A stretch of 64,000 bases of DNA from Pristiophorus japonicus (Eukaryota): positions 52,328,001-52,392,000 of the forward strand of contig NC_091999.1 of assembly GCF_044704955.1 (NCBI RefSeq), given 5' to 3'. Under the pieces are notes generated by a model, which was not told where the DNA came from, ran no database searches, and worked only from the letters and a program-made list of their open reading frames with translations. The translations under genes and the position numbers were made by a program. Positions 50,561-63,475 of the stretch are shown here, piece after piece. Every line of letters begins with the position of its first letter. The first letter of the stretch is position 1.

Positions 50561-51990
50561 TGAACTTGGTGACGATAGTGATCCTGTCTCGAGGAAGTTG
50601 CAGTCTCTCCAACTGTGTCACCCGTTAGCTGGTGTCCATGGCAGCCGCGGATGTACTGGTCGTGGTCACTGATCTCATATTCCGGCAAATTCCTATTCTT
50701 TATCGAGCTCAGTTTCAGTTCATTTGGAAGATTAAAGTGTGTAATATCCACGCCGTACTGCTTCACTCAGTCTCAGACTGTTCTCTCTGGTTCAGTCACT
50801 TTCACCTTTGATCGATTTGTAGCCATTTGTTGCCAAGAGCTGAAAAAAAATATTGCGCTGAGAAAACGGTGACTGTGGTTGTGGGAACAGTAAGTGTGCT
50901 GCTCTGTGTGAAGAACACTTTCCACTACTTTATTTATGGAGCTTGTTGTGGGAACATTGAGTGCGCTGTTCTGTGTGAAGAACACTTTCTGGTACTTTAT
51001 GTATGGAGCTGTTTGTGGGAACAGTGAGTGTGCTGTTCTGTGTAAAGGACACTTTCTGGTATTTATGTATGGAGGTGCTTGTGGGAACAGTGAGTGTGCT
51101 GTTCTGTGTGAAGAACACTTTCTGGTATTTATGTATGGAGGTGCTTGTGGGAACAGTGAGTGTCCTACTCTGTGTGAATAACACTTTCTGGTATTTATGT
51201 ATGGAGATGCGTGTGGGAACAGTGAGTGCGCTGTTCTGTGTAAAGAACACTTTTTGGTATTTATGTATGGAGGTGCTTGTGGGACCAGTGAGTGTCCTAC
51301 TCTGTGTGAAGAACACTTTCTGGTATTTATATATGGAGGTGCTTGTGGGAACAGTGGGTGCGCTGTTCTGTGTGAAGAACACTTTCTGGTATTTATGTAT
51401 GGAGCTGTTTGTGGGAACAGTGAGTGCGCTGCTCCGTGCGAAGAACACCTTATGGTACTTTATGTACGGAGGTGGTTATTGGATTTCTAATTCTCCCTGG
51501 TTTTGTTTTGTATCATTGGCTGTTGCTGAGTCACCTGCATGGGCAGTAATTGAATTCCTTCATTATATTTTAACCCCATTTATCCCATTCATTCTGATTC
51601 TGCTGCTCAATGCTATAACTGTCAGACAGGTTTTAGTATCGAGCAGAGCCCGCACGAGACCCCGGACCCACAGCAGTGGGGAGAGTCCCAGTGACCCAGA
51701 GATGGAGAAGCGGAGGAAATCCATCATTTTAGTATTTATTATGTCCGGGAATTTTACCCTTCTATGGACAGTGCTTCTGTTGTATTCTGTGTGTAGCCGA
51801 TTGTATCGGTTACGTTATATTTTTGTGTATCTGCTTCAATATGTATAGGAACTTGGATTTATGCTTCGGCTCCTATGTTGCTGCACCAACACATGTATAT
51901 ATGCAGTGACTCAGACTAAATTCAGAGAGGAGTTGAAGAATGTGGTGAAATATTTGTTGAGTGTAATCGTTAATTCGTTAAATAATGAGA
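50561..51990 (+). pseudogene. GPR139/GPR142-like class A GPCR pseudogene (main exon)
   Basis: Splice acceptor ttccttacag at 50551-50560. NLVTIVILSRG..R*LVSMAAADVL (TM1-2), FTFDRFVAIC (TM3), LILLLNAITV, CCTNTCIYAVTQTKFREEL (TM7/H8). In-frame stops at 50626 and 51846, plus frameshifts. Confidence 0.85.
50878..51465 (+). repeat. 66-67-bp tandem repeat (9 copies) of the TM4-coding segment of the GPCR
   Basis: Unit GTGGGAACAGTGAGTGTGCTGTTCTGTGTGAAGAACACTTTCTGGTATTTATGTATGGAGGTGCTT encodes VGTVSVLFCVKNTFWYLCMEVL. Confidence 0.95.
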
Positions 51991-52954
51991 TTTTGCACCA
52001 TTACAACGTGTTGGGCTTGTGTTCTTCGCAATCCCCTCACCTCTGTGATACATGCACAGTGAGGCCAGTTTTCCTCTTTCACCGCCCGGATTCGGAGACT
52101 AACGGGAACGATAGAGGTGCGAAGTCTGCAGAGCTCAATCCCACTGGATTCCTGATGCTTTTTATTCCCGTTCTGTGCTCTGATAGGGGCTTGAGCGGGT
52201 TTATGAAGCTCCCGCCCACGAGGCTCGAGTTTCACCTGATTACCAAAAACGGGCGGCGCAGAGAAGATCGATCTATCAGTTTACAGTCGACGGGCCACTC
52301 AGCCCTCAGCACCCGCAGGGAGACCTCTGGGAAAGTCCTCAGACCAACCTGCAGCCAGGGAGGGAGGTTTTAAAAGGCTCAAAGTTCGGTGGTTTTGGTC
52401 ATTTATAAACCCTCCCACTTGTTGTTCCAACGGCGTTCAAGCTGAGAAGTCGCAGGGCACCGTTATGGGGAAATATCCTTGTTTGGGATTAGAAATTCTC
52501 TCGTAGACAGATTATGTCCCAATGAAATTCAACAAATAAAAAGTCCCTTTGAAGACAACAATTTGGGAGAGTGAATCATGAACTATGTTCAACTCATCCT
52601 GAACAAAGGCAGCTCATAGTGTGCAGACTACAGAGTTAACAATCATTTAACGTCTCTTAATATAAATTTGTCTGAACAATGTGGAGATGTACAGGGTGTG
52701 TGATCCCCGCTCATGTTCTACACACTGAACCCAGCTTACCTTTCACTGTATAGAAAAGTTCCGAGCTAAACACTTCCCATAATAAGGAACGTTCAGAGAG
52801 GTTGGTTTCTAGGTTGGTTTCTAGGCACTGCAGTACTTGTGCTGTCATGAAGCAGTGACACTCCCGTGACATCACAGACCTGCCCTGCAGACCACGCCTT
52901 GGTTTGTGGTCGACCCAGAATCAGCATTTCAAACATGTACACGCATTCCAGCAC

Positions 52955-55900
52955 ACACACCGAGTTACAGAGAGTCCGCAGCACCGCCCTTCTCCTTCAT
53001 ACAACACCTAACATAGAGTTACAGGGAGTCTGCAGCACCACCCTTCTCCTTCATACATCACCTTACACAGAGTTACAGAGAGTCTGCAGTGCCACCCTTC
53101 TCCTTCATACAACACCTTACACCGAGTTACAGAGAATCTGCAGTGCCGCCCTTCTCCTTCATACAACACCTAACATAGAGTTACAGGGAGTCTGCAGCAC
53201 CACCCTTCTCCTTCATACATCACCTTACACAGAGTTACAGAGAGTCTGCAGTGCCACCCTTCTCCTTCATACAACACCTTACACCGAGTTACAGAGAATC
53301 TGCAGTGCCGCCCTTCTCCTTCATACAACACCTTACACCGAGTTACAGAGAGTCTGCAGTGCAGCCCTTCTCCCTCATACAACACCTTACACCGAGTTAC
53401 AGAGAGTCTGCAGAGATGCCCTTTTCCTTCATACAACACCTTACACCGAGTTACAGAGAGTCTGCAGTGCCGCCCTTCTCCTTCACACATCAACTTACAC
53501 CGAGTTACAGAGAGTCTGCAGTGCCGCCCTTCTCCTTCATACAACACCTTACACAGTATTACAGAGAGTCTGCAGTCCCGCCCTTCTCCTTCACACAACA
53601 CCTTACACAGAGTTACAGAGAGTCTGCAGTGCCGCCCTTCTCCTTCACACAACACCTTACACAGAGTTACAGAGAGTGTGCAGCGCCGCCCTTCTCCTTC
53701 ATACAACACCTTACACAGAGTTACAGAGAGTCTGCAGTGCCGCCCTTCTCCTTCATACAACACCTTACACAGAGTTACAGAGAGTCTGCAGTGCCACCCT
53801 TCTCCTTCATACAACATCTTACACCGAGTTACAGAGAGTCTGCAGTGCAACCCTTCTCCCTCATACAACACCTTACACCGAGTTACAGAGAGTCTGCAGT
53901 GCCGCCCTTCTCCTTCATACAACACCTTACACAGAGTTACAGAGAGTCTGCAGTGCCACCCTTCTCCTTCATACAACACCTTACACCGAGTTACAGAGAG
54001 TCTGCAGTGCAACCCTTCTCCCTCATACAACACCTTACACAGAGTTACAGAGAGTCTGCAGTGCCACCCTTCTCCTGCATAGAACACCTTACACCGAGTT
54101 ACGGAGAGTCTACAGAACCACCCTTCTCCTTCATACAACACCTTACACAGAGTTACAGAGAGTCTGCAGTGCCGCCCTTCTCCTTCATACAACACCTTAC
54201 ACAGAGTTACAGAGAGTCTGCAGTGCCACCCTTCTCCTTCATACAACATCTTACACCGAGTTACAGAGAGTCTGCAGTGCCGCCCTTCTCCTTCACACAA
54301 CACCTTACACAGAGTTACAGAGAGTGTGCAGCGCCGCCCTTCTCCTTCATACAACACCTTACACAGAGTTACAGAGAGTCTGCAGTGCCGCCCTTCTCCT
54401 TCATACAACACCTTACACAGAGTTACAGAGAGTCTGCAGTGCCACCCTTCTCCTTCATACAACATCTTACACCGAGTTACAGAGAGTCTGCAGTGCAACC
54501 CTTCTCCCTCATACAACACCTTACACCGAGTTACAGAGAGTCTGCAGTGCCGCCCTTCTCCTTCATACAACACCTTACACAGAGTTACAGAGAGTCTGCA
54601 GTGCCACCCTTCTCCTTCATACAACACCTTACACCGAGTTACAGAGAGTCTGCAGTGCAACCCTTCTCCCTCATACAACACCTTACACAGAGTTACAGAG
54701 AGTCTGCAGTGCCACCCTTCTCCTGCATACAACACCTTACACCGAGTTACGGAGAGTCTACAGAACCACCCTTCTCCTTCATACAACACCTTACACAGAG
54801 TTACAGAGAGTCTGCAGTGCCGCCCTTCTCCTTCATACAACACCTTACACAGAGTTACAGAGAGTCTGCAGTGCCACCCTTCTCCTTCATACAACATCTT
54901 ACACCGAGTTACAGAGAGTCTGCAGTGCAACCCTTCTCCCTCATACAACACCTTACACCGAGTTACAGAGAGTCTGCAGTGCCGCCCTTCTCCTTCACAC
55001 ATCACCTTTCCACCGAGTTACAGAGAGTCTGCAGTGCCACCCTTCTCCTTCATACAACATCTTACACCGAGTTACAGAGAGTCTGCAGTGCCGCCCTTCT
55101 CCTTCACACAACACCTCACACCGAGCTACAGAGAGTCTGCAGTGCCGCCCTTCTCCTTCATACAACACCTTACACCGAGTTATAGAGAGTCTGCAGCACC
55201 ATCCTCCTCCTTCACACAACACCTTACACAGAGTTACAGAGAGTCTGCAGTGCCGCCCTCCTCCTTCATACAAAACCTTACACACAGTTACAGAGAGTCT
55301 GCAGTGCCGCCCTTCTCCTTCACACAACATCTTACACCGAGTTACAGAGAGTCTGCAGCACCACCCTTCTCCTTCATACAACACCTCACACAGAGTTACA
55401 GAGAGTCTGCAGCACCATCCTTCTCCTTCATACAACACCTTACACAGAGCTACAGAGAGTCTGCAGCACCACCCTGCTCCTTCATACAACACATTACACC
55501 GAGTTACAGAGAGTCTGCAGTGCCGCTCGTCTCCTTCATACAACACCTCACACAGAGGTACAGAGAGTCTGCACCACCCTTCTCCTTCATACAACAACTT
55601 ACACAGAGTTACGGAGATTCTACAGCACCACCCTTCTCCTTCATACAACACCTTACACAGAGTTACAGAGAGTCTGCACCACCCTTCTCCTTCATACAAC
55701 AACTTACACAGAGTTACAGAGTGTCTGCAGTGCCACCCTTCTCCTTCACACAACAACTTACACAGAGTTACAGAGAGTCTGCAGCACCGCCCTTCTCCTT
55801 CATACAACACCTTACACTGAGTTACAGAGAGTCTGCAGTGCCGCCCTTCTCCTTCACACAACACCTTACACAGAGTTACAGAGAGTCTGCAGTACCGCCC

Positions 55901-56540
55901 TTCTCCTTCACACAACACCTTACACCGAGTTACAGAGAGTCTGCAGTGCCGCCCTTCTCCTTCACACAACACCTTACACCGAGTTACAGAGAGTCTGCTA
56001 TACCGCCCTTCTCCTTCCCACATCAACTTACACCGAGTTACAAAGAATCTGCAGTGCCGCCCTTCTCCTTCATACCTCAACTTACACAGAGTTACAGAGA
56101 GACTGCAGTGCTGCCCTTCTCCTTCATACAACACCTCACACAGAGTTACATAGAGTCTGCAGTGCCACCCTTCTCCTTCACACAACACCTCACACCGAGT
56201 TACAGAGAATCTGCAGTGCCGCCCTTTTCCTTCATACATCACCTTACACCGAGATACAGAGAGTCTGCAGTGCCGCCCTTCTCCTTCATACATCACCTTA
56301 CACCGAGATACAGAGAGTCTGCAGTGCCGCCCTTCTCCTTCATACATCACCTTACACCGAGATACAGAGAATCTGCAGTCCGCCCTTCTCCTTCATATAA
56401 CACCTCACACAGTATTACAGAGAGTCTGCAGTGCCGCCCTTCTCCTTCACACGTCACCTCACACAGTATTACAGAGAGTCTGCAGTGCCGCCCTTCTCCT
56501 TCATACAACACCTTACACAGAGTTACAGAGAGTCTGCAGC
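52955..56540 (+). repeat. 54-bp satellite (~66 copies)
   Basis: Unit CTTCTCCTTCATACAACACCTTACACAGAGTTACAGAGAGTCTGCAGTGCCGCC. Confidence 0.97.
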
Positions 56541-56769
56541 AACGAAGCTAAGCTCTCGGCTGCAGATTAATCGACGGCATTTCCCTGAGGTTTCATTGCG
56601 GTTGCTGGGCATTAGCGGCGCATTCGCCCATGTAGGTTAAACTGACAGAGCGCCCATGTCCGCCCCGTCCGCTTTCGCACCAACACTTCATGCCAGCTTT
56701 TAATCTATCAGTATATACGATTCTCAATTTTTCCCTCATGTTCGTATGCATCTTCCACTTAAATTCGCC

Positions 56770-59575
56770 ACAATGAGGGACAAGTTGCAGAATGGATCGC
56801 TAGCTTGGTTCAAGACAGGAAACAGATAGTAGGTTTAAAGTGTAAAGTGTAGCTATTCAGAGTGTCAGAAGGTTGAAAGTGGGGATCCACAAGGATCAGT
56901 ACTATGACTGCTGTTGTTCCCAATTAATATTAACGATGTATAATTTGGAATCAAAAACACAATTTCTAAGTTTGAGGATGGAACCCAAAAAGTGGGCGGA
57001 GGTGGGGGTTGGGCGGCGAACAGTGAATATTGAGAAGGACTGCGACACGTTACAAGAATACATTAATTAACTTGCAAAATGGGCAGATTATTGGCAAATG
57101 AAATTCAACGCAAAAGTGCGAGGCATTTTGGTATGAAAAATAAGGAGGTCTTATATTTCATAAGAACATGAGAAATATGAAGCAGGAGTAGGTCATTCGG
57201 CCCTTTGAGCTTGCTCTTCTACCTCAACTCTGCCTTCCCGCACGATTCCGATATCCCTTGGCTCCCTTAGTATACAAATATCCATCGATCTCCGTCTTCA
57301 ATATACTGAAAGATTTAGCATTTACAGCACTCTCGAGAGGAGAATCCCAAGATTCACAATAATTTCATGAAGAAATTTCTCCTTTTTCAATCCTAAATGG
57401 CCGACCCTTAATCTGAGATTGTGTCCCGAGGGGAAACATCCTCCCAGCATCTACTCTGTCAAGCTCTCTAAGAATTTTATACACTTTAATGAAATCATCA
57501 CTGTAGGGAATATAGGCCAAGTCTACTCAATCATTCTTCATAGGACGTTTCCCCATTCCAAAAATCAGTCCAGTGAACTTACGCTGTCCTCCGTCTAAGG
57601 CAAGTCAATCCTTCCTTAGCTAAGGAGATCACAGCTGTTCATAAAAGAATCGTACTCTAGGTATGGTCTCAATAAGGCCCTATATAATTGCAGTATGACT
57701 CCTTTACTCTAATACTTTTGCAATGAAGGCTAACATACAATTTGCTTTTCTTATTTCCTGCTATACCTAAATGTTAACTATCAGCAATTCATGCTCTAAT
57801 TTTGTGTAACAACCTCTTGTATGGTACGATGTCGATTGCTACCTGGTCTCGAGCAGCTTCTTTTCTCCCTCACTCCTTTCTTGAATAGGCCGGTTATATT
57901 TGTTACCTTCCAATCCGCGGGGACAGTTCTGGAATCTGGAAATACATGAAGATCAAAACCAATGAATCCACTATCTCTGTAACCACAACCATTAAAATGT
58001 TAGGATGTATGCAATCAAGTGCAGGGGATTAGTATTTTTTTAGTTACATTCATTTCTCCAGTACAATTCCTTTACTAATATTAATTCCTTTAAGTTGCTC
58101 ATTCTCACTTGACCCTTGGTTCCTCGTTATTTCTGCAATGTTTTTTGATTCATCCATGAAGACAGATACAAAGTATTCGCTTAGTGTATCTGCCATTTCC
58201 TTATTCCCTATTATAATTTCTTCTCTCCCTGCCTGTAAGGGACCCACCTTTACTTTCGTTAATCTCTTTATTCTACATAAATATAGAAGCTTCTGCAATC
58301 CGTTTCATGTGTCTTATTAATTTACTCTCGTTCTCTTTTTGCTCTCTTTGACAATGTCTTGGTCATCCTTTGCTCAATTCTAAAAACCTCGCAATCATTT
58401 GAAAAATAATAAGAAACTAAAGGAATCTAGGAGTACAAATACATAAATCACTCAAAGTAGCACAGCAGGTTAATATGGCTATGAAAATAAAAAAAGGGCT
58501 TGTTTCTAGATGGATAGAATTAAAAAAGTGAGAAGATATGCTAAACTCGTATCGAAATTTGATTAGACCAGGGGTTTACAAACGGAGATCCGAAGGCCCC
58601 TATCTTTTTTCGAGAAGATTTCAAAATGTCCACCATAAATAACCCCCGGGATTTTAAAAAATCCGATTTCAGAAATGAAGTCGGACGTCTGTTCTCAGTG
58701 TCAGCTGTGGCTCAGTGCTAGCGCTCTCGCTTCTGTGTGAGAAGGTCGTGGGTTCAGAACCCCACTTCAGAGACTTGAGCACATGAATCTAGGCTGAGAG
58801 TCCAGTGAAGTGCTGAGGGAGCGCTGCACTTTCGACGGTGCCGTTTTTCAGATGGGATATTAAACCGAGGCCCCATCTGTTCGTTCCTGTGGACATGAAA
58901 GGTCCCATGACAATATTTCGACTAAGAGCAAGGGCTTGCGGGGTGGGGTTATCCCTCCTGTCCTGGCCAATATTTATCCATCAATCAACGTAACAAAAAA
59001 TAGATTATCTGGTCATTTTCACATTGCTGTTTGTGGGAGTTTGCTTGAATGCAAACTGGCTGCTGCATTTTCTACATTATAGCAGTGACTACACTCCAAA
59101 AGAAGAGGTGCAACAAATGTTCATGGGATTGATTCCTGGGATGCGAGGGTTGTCCTATGAGAAGAGATTGAGTAGATTGGGCCTATATTCTGTGGATTTT
59201 AGAGAATGAGAGATGATCTCCTTACAATGTATGAAATTCGCAGAATAGAGGCTTGGAGGCTGTTTCTCCTGGCTGATGTGTCTAGAACTAGAGGTCATTG
59301 TCTTTGGATATGCCATTCAGGATAGATATGAGGAGAAATTTCCTCATTCACAGGGTTGCGAATCTTTTGAATTCTCTACCTCAGAGAGCTGTGAATACTC
59401 AGCCGTGGAGTATATTCAAGACAGAGATAGATAGATTTTTGGGCACGAAGTGAGTTAAATGTTGTGGCGATAGGGCGGGAAAATGAAGTCGAGGTCATAA
59501 AACAACCATGATCTTATTGAATGCTGGAACAGGCTCGAGGGGCCGTATGACCTACTCCTGCTCCTATTTCTTATT
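56770..59575. mobile_element. Old plus-strand CR1 interrupted by a minus-strand CR1 (~57158-58395) and a DeuSINE
   Basis: CR1 RT motifs resume at ~58396 and ~59100; reverse tail near 57160. Confidence 0.7.
58700..59100 (+). mobile_element. DeuSINE (SacSINE1-like; tRNA-derived head plus Deu domain)
   Basis: GCTGTGGCTCAGT..GGTTCA head; TAAACCGAGGCCCC...TCCTGGCCAATATTTATCC Deu-domain motifs. Confidence 0.8.
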
Positions 59576-61029
59576 TTTTGGGATGGATCAATCCAGCCAC
59601 AGCTGTGTTGATATATTTTCGACGGCAGAGTCCGCTGTATGCTCATTGAGATTTACCTAACCATCTCTAAGCTTTGCATCGGTATGTGGCACCTTATTCA
59701 ATTCTCAGGACCTTCACTTCCAAAACAAACAACTTTATTTCTTTTTTGACTGATTCAACAAATTGTCCTCCAATAGGAATGGTTTCTGACTGTGATCCCC
59801 TTCTCGATAACGACACTAGCCCATTTTACCCAATATATAGCTATTGTGAAAAAAACAAGTGCTGGTGATAGACTGGCAATCCTTCCTAATCACTATAATT
59901 ATTCTGTGACTGAAGACCACTGAAAGGGAAACAAGTCCAGCAAGTCTATTTAATGAGTCTTCAATGTTCAATATTACTGACAGACCAATAGCAAGAGAGT
60001 GCTACAATCCAAGTATATTATATTCTTGTTCAACATTTACTGCATTGAATACTCACATTATAATTGGGTCAAGAGGATGGAGTCACTGCAAAGCGTCATT
60101 CGGACGCACATGACTCCTAGTTTAAACAGTAGCTCTCTAGGTAAGCTTAGTGTGTACTGACTAAGGGTAGTTGTGTTTAAAGAGCGCGGGGACTATTCCA
60201 ATCCTTTTGATGGATTGGTGGGGGCAGAAGCATTGTCTAAGCTTTCCATGAAATACCCACAGATGTTTCATCTGGTTATTATGTGTGAAGGATATCGTTG
60301 CTATTACCAGCAAGGTTTACGATTTCCGTTAGATTTCGCCAAAGCATAATGCATTTTTAGGAGTGCTGTCAGAATTTCGCAAAAAAAACACCACGAATAT
60401 ACATCTTTCAGTTACGTTAACATGATCCCTAATAATGACCAGCAGAACATTATTACCTCAGTGATTAGTTAAGACAAAACGAAATGGCCAATTGAAGAAT
60501 TTGCCTTTTGTTCAGGACAGCAATTAAAATACTGATGCGGACGTCTTAACTGATAGGAATTTTTTTACACCAAAGGTTCGGTCAGAACCGATCTGGTGCA
60601 TTACTACTGAAATAACCTGTGACATTATAACGTTGTTTTGAGAGAACAAAGAGCATGAAGAGTTTTTCATGTGCATTGTCATTCAAGTTCTCGTCGTTGT
60701 ATTAATATATGGAATCTAGATAGAAACACATATCGGAACTGAATGGACTCTGGCAATGTATAACTGGCAAAGAGTAAAATAAAAGCCTATCCCAATATCA
60801 CTTCATAGAAAATGGACCACATTTATTTCTGACAACAGAAAATAATATAGTTGAACTGTCCTGTAATTTACCTAAATTTTGCAAAATAAAATATTTCAAA
60901 AGCAGAAATGATAACTCAACCTTCTGTATTTGCGCCATATCTCATGTAGCACTTCTTTCTTTAGAAATGTACATAATTGCCTTTTTAATATTTCCACTGT
61001 CTCTTTCAAATCTTGGTTTGTAATATATT

Positions 61030-62160
61030 CTGCTAGTATAATAAATGCAGCAACTAGTCAGGTGCCACAGGGATCAGTGCTGGGACCCCAACTATTTACA
61101 ATCTAAATTAACGACTTGGAAGAAGGGGCTGAGTGTAACATAGCCAGGTTTGGTAACGATACAACGATGGGAGGTAAAGGAAGGCGTGAGGTGGACACAA
61201 AACATCTACAAAGGGACATAGACAGGCTTAGTGAGTGGGCAAAAAGTTGGCAGATGGAGTATAATGTTGGAAAGTGTGAGGTCATGCACTTTGGCAGAAA
61301 AACAATCAAACAGCAAGTTATTATTCAAATGGAGAAAGTTTGCAAAGTGCTGCAGTACAGCAGGACCTAGGGGTACTTGTGCATGAAATACAAAAGGATA
61401 ATATGTAGATACAGCAAGTGATCAGGGAGGCCAATGCTTCCTTTGTTTCCATAGGCAGCCTGTCCCACAGATTGACCACTCACTCACTGAAATATTGTTT
61501 CCGTGTATTGGCTTGAATTTACTCCCTTCAAACTGCAGCCTTAAAGCAGGGAAGTCTTGCTACAGCTGTACAGGGTATTGGTGAGGCCACGGCGGGAATA
61601 CTGCGTGTAGTTTTGGTTTCCATATTTACGAACGGATAACATTGCTTTGTAGGTGGTTCAGAGAAGGTTCACATGTTTGATTCCGGAGATAAGGGGGTTG
61701 ACTAATGAGAAAAGTTTGATAGGTTGGGTCTCTACTCATAGAAATTCAGAAGAGTGAGAGGTGATCTTATCGAAACGTATAAAGTTATGAAGGGGCTTGA
61801 CAAGTTGGAAGCAGAGAGGATGTTTCCACTGATGGGGAAGATTAGAACAAGAGGACATCATATTAGAATAAGGGGCCGCCCAATTATAATTGAGACGAGG
61901 AGAAATTTCTTCTCTTAGAGAGTTGTACATCTCTGGAATTCTCTGCCTCAGAGAGCTGTGGAAGCTGGGACATTGAGTACATTTAACATATAAATCGACT
62001 GTTTCTTAAACGATAAGGGAATAAGAGGTTATGGGGAGCGGGCAGCGAAGTGGACCTGAGTCCATGATTAGTTCAGCCATGATCGTATTAATTGGCGGAG
62101 CAGGCTCGAAGGGGCCGTATGACCTACTGCTGCTCCTATTTCCTATGTTTTTATGTTCTT
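61030..62160 (+). mobile_element. 5'-truncated CR1
   Basis: VPQGSVLGP to 3' end with a TTATGTT-type tail; contains a foreign ~110-bp insert at 61435-61545. Confidence 0.85.
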
Positions 62161-62988
62161 ATATTGAAGAGGCTGATTTATGGCTTAATGGACATTGGAA
62201 CATAGGAATATATGAATCGCTAGATGGAAAAAGACCAAGGTGCATTTAATTGGCCTTCTACCATCCTGGTACTCAAAGTATACAACGATAATTCAGTTGT
62301 TGATTAATCACAGCAATCAATCTCTATCAATGATTCTACAATAGACATTAGGCGAAGAAAACTTCAGTGGTGGATAACTTAACAACCAATCGACCAAAGT
62401 CACCTGCTCCTCCCAAGCATACTACATTCACCAGAGGTCTTGTCTCAAAGTACTCGCATAATGTGTCCTACATTTTATTCTGTGAAATAATTCTCTCCAA
62501 TTTGCATTTGAATGAATCAACACGAACTGCTTCCATCGTTTCCCTAGGGAGCCTGCCCCACAGATTGATCACTCACTCACTGAAATATTGTTTCCGTCGA
62601 TTGGTTTTGAATGTACTCCATTGAAACTGCACCCTTTAAATAAGCGAACCTACAATTTATCTCGGTTCTTATTGTTGTGATCTTGCTTGCCGCAAATTAT
62701 CGGCAGTGCTTGCATGCAGGGAACCGTAATTATTCTTCAGAATACAATTCAACAATTTGAAAGCGCTTTGGAGGGTGCTATATTCTTGAAATAAACGCGC
62801 ACTTGTGTAGATTCTGTGATTGTGCTAAAGAGTAAACCGCAGATAGCGATTTTTTAATGGAAGTACAAATCAGCACAAATGTAAAACGGACTGCCGATTT
62901 GCTATCGCCGTGTTTATACAATTGCATATTGTGAAAATCTATCCCATTCGATCTTCTTTCTAAACATTCCATCCTAAAAGCAGCCCCG

Positions 62989-63027
62989 GGTTTTTGTGCA
63001 CACTCTGTCACTCATTATCACACTGTG
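62989..63027 (-). promoter_or_regulatory. Consensus 23-RSS (V(D)J recombination signal)
   Basis: Minus strand: CACAGTG (63027-63021), 23-bp spacer, ACAAAAACC (62997-62989). Confidence 0.97.
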
Positions 63028-63298
63028 TGCACGACACAGAAGTAGGTCGCTGTGTCTGTCAGATGTAAGGCCGCGATAGTCAGGGAGCTGCGCTTCTCCG
63101 AACTTTGACTGACGGCTGTAAATCGTCCTTTATGTTCACCATTTTCCGATGCCAACATCACCATCTTTGTGCTTTGGATTGGATGCTGGACCCACCAGAA
63201 TATCGCAGAGAAGGAAATGGTTGTGTGACAGTTAATCGATATGGTTTTCCCTTCACTGGGAGTCTGTGACGGAAATGTTTGTACAATTTCCTCTTTAC
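63028..63298 (-). CDS. T-cell receptor alpha/delta-type V gene segment (V exon; leader uncertain, possibly pseudogene)
   Basis: Open frame KEEIVQTFPSQTPSEGKTISINC...IFWWVQHP...GRFTAV...SSLTIAALHLTDTATYFCVV with both Cys and the Trp. Phase-1 acceptor tatag|GT at 63299/63298. Abuts the 23-RSS. Confidence 0.85.
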
Positions 63299-63475
63299 CT
63301 ATAACAACCAATCTTATTAATGGAGAAAAGCAGACAAAACCAGTCAGTTCCAAAAGGTATGTCAGGAACATAGCAGTTCCCAATCAGAGGAAATAGTTTC
63401 TGCATATCTAACTGATCGAAATAAACTTAACATTTAAAACATCGCATTTTTTTTTACTCACTAGCATCCAACAAA

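Noticed and set aside
50561-51990. Functional GPR139 ortholog
   Set aside because: Premature stops and frameshifts, and exon 1 was not identified; it is better described as a paralogous pseudogene, so no symbol is assigned.
49500-56540. CRISPR-like arrays
   Set aside because: The repeats are head-to-tail with no unique spacers, there are no cas genes, and the context is vertebrate.
52955-56540. CACAGAG in the satellite as cryptic RSS heptamers
   Set aside because: No nonamer-like sequence at 12- or 23-bp spacing.
52866-56551. Very long ORFs (984, 741, 644 and 611 aa) as real proteins
   Set aside because: They arise from a 54-bp (multiple of 3) stop-free unit and are open in several frames and on both strands, with no unique domain or gene structure.
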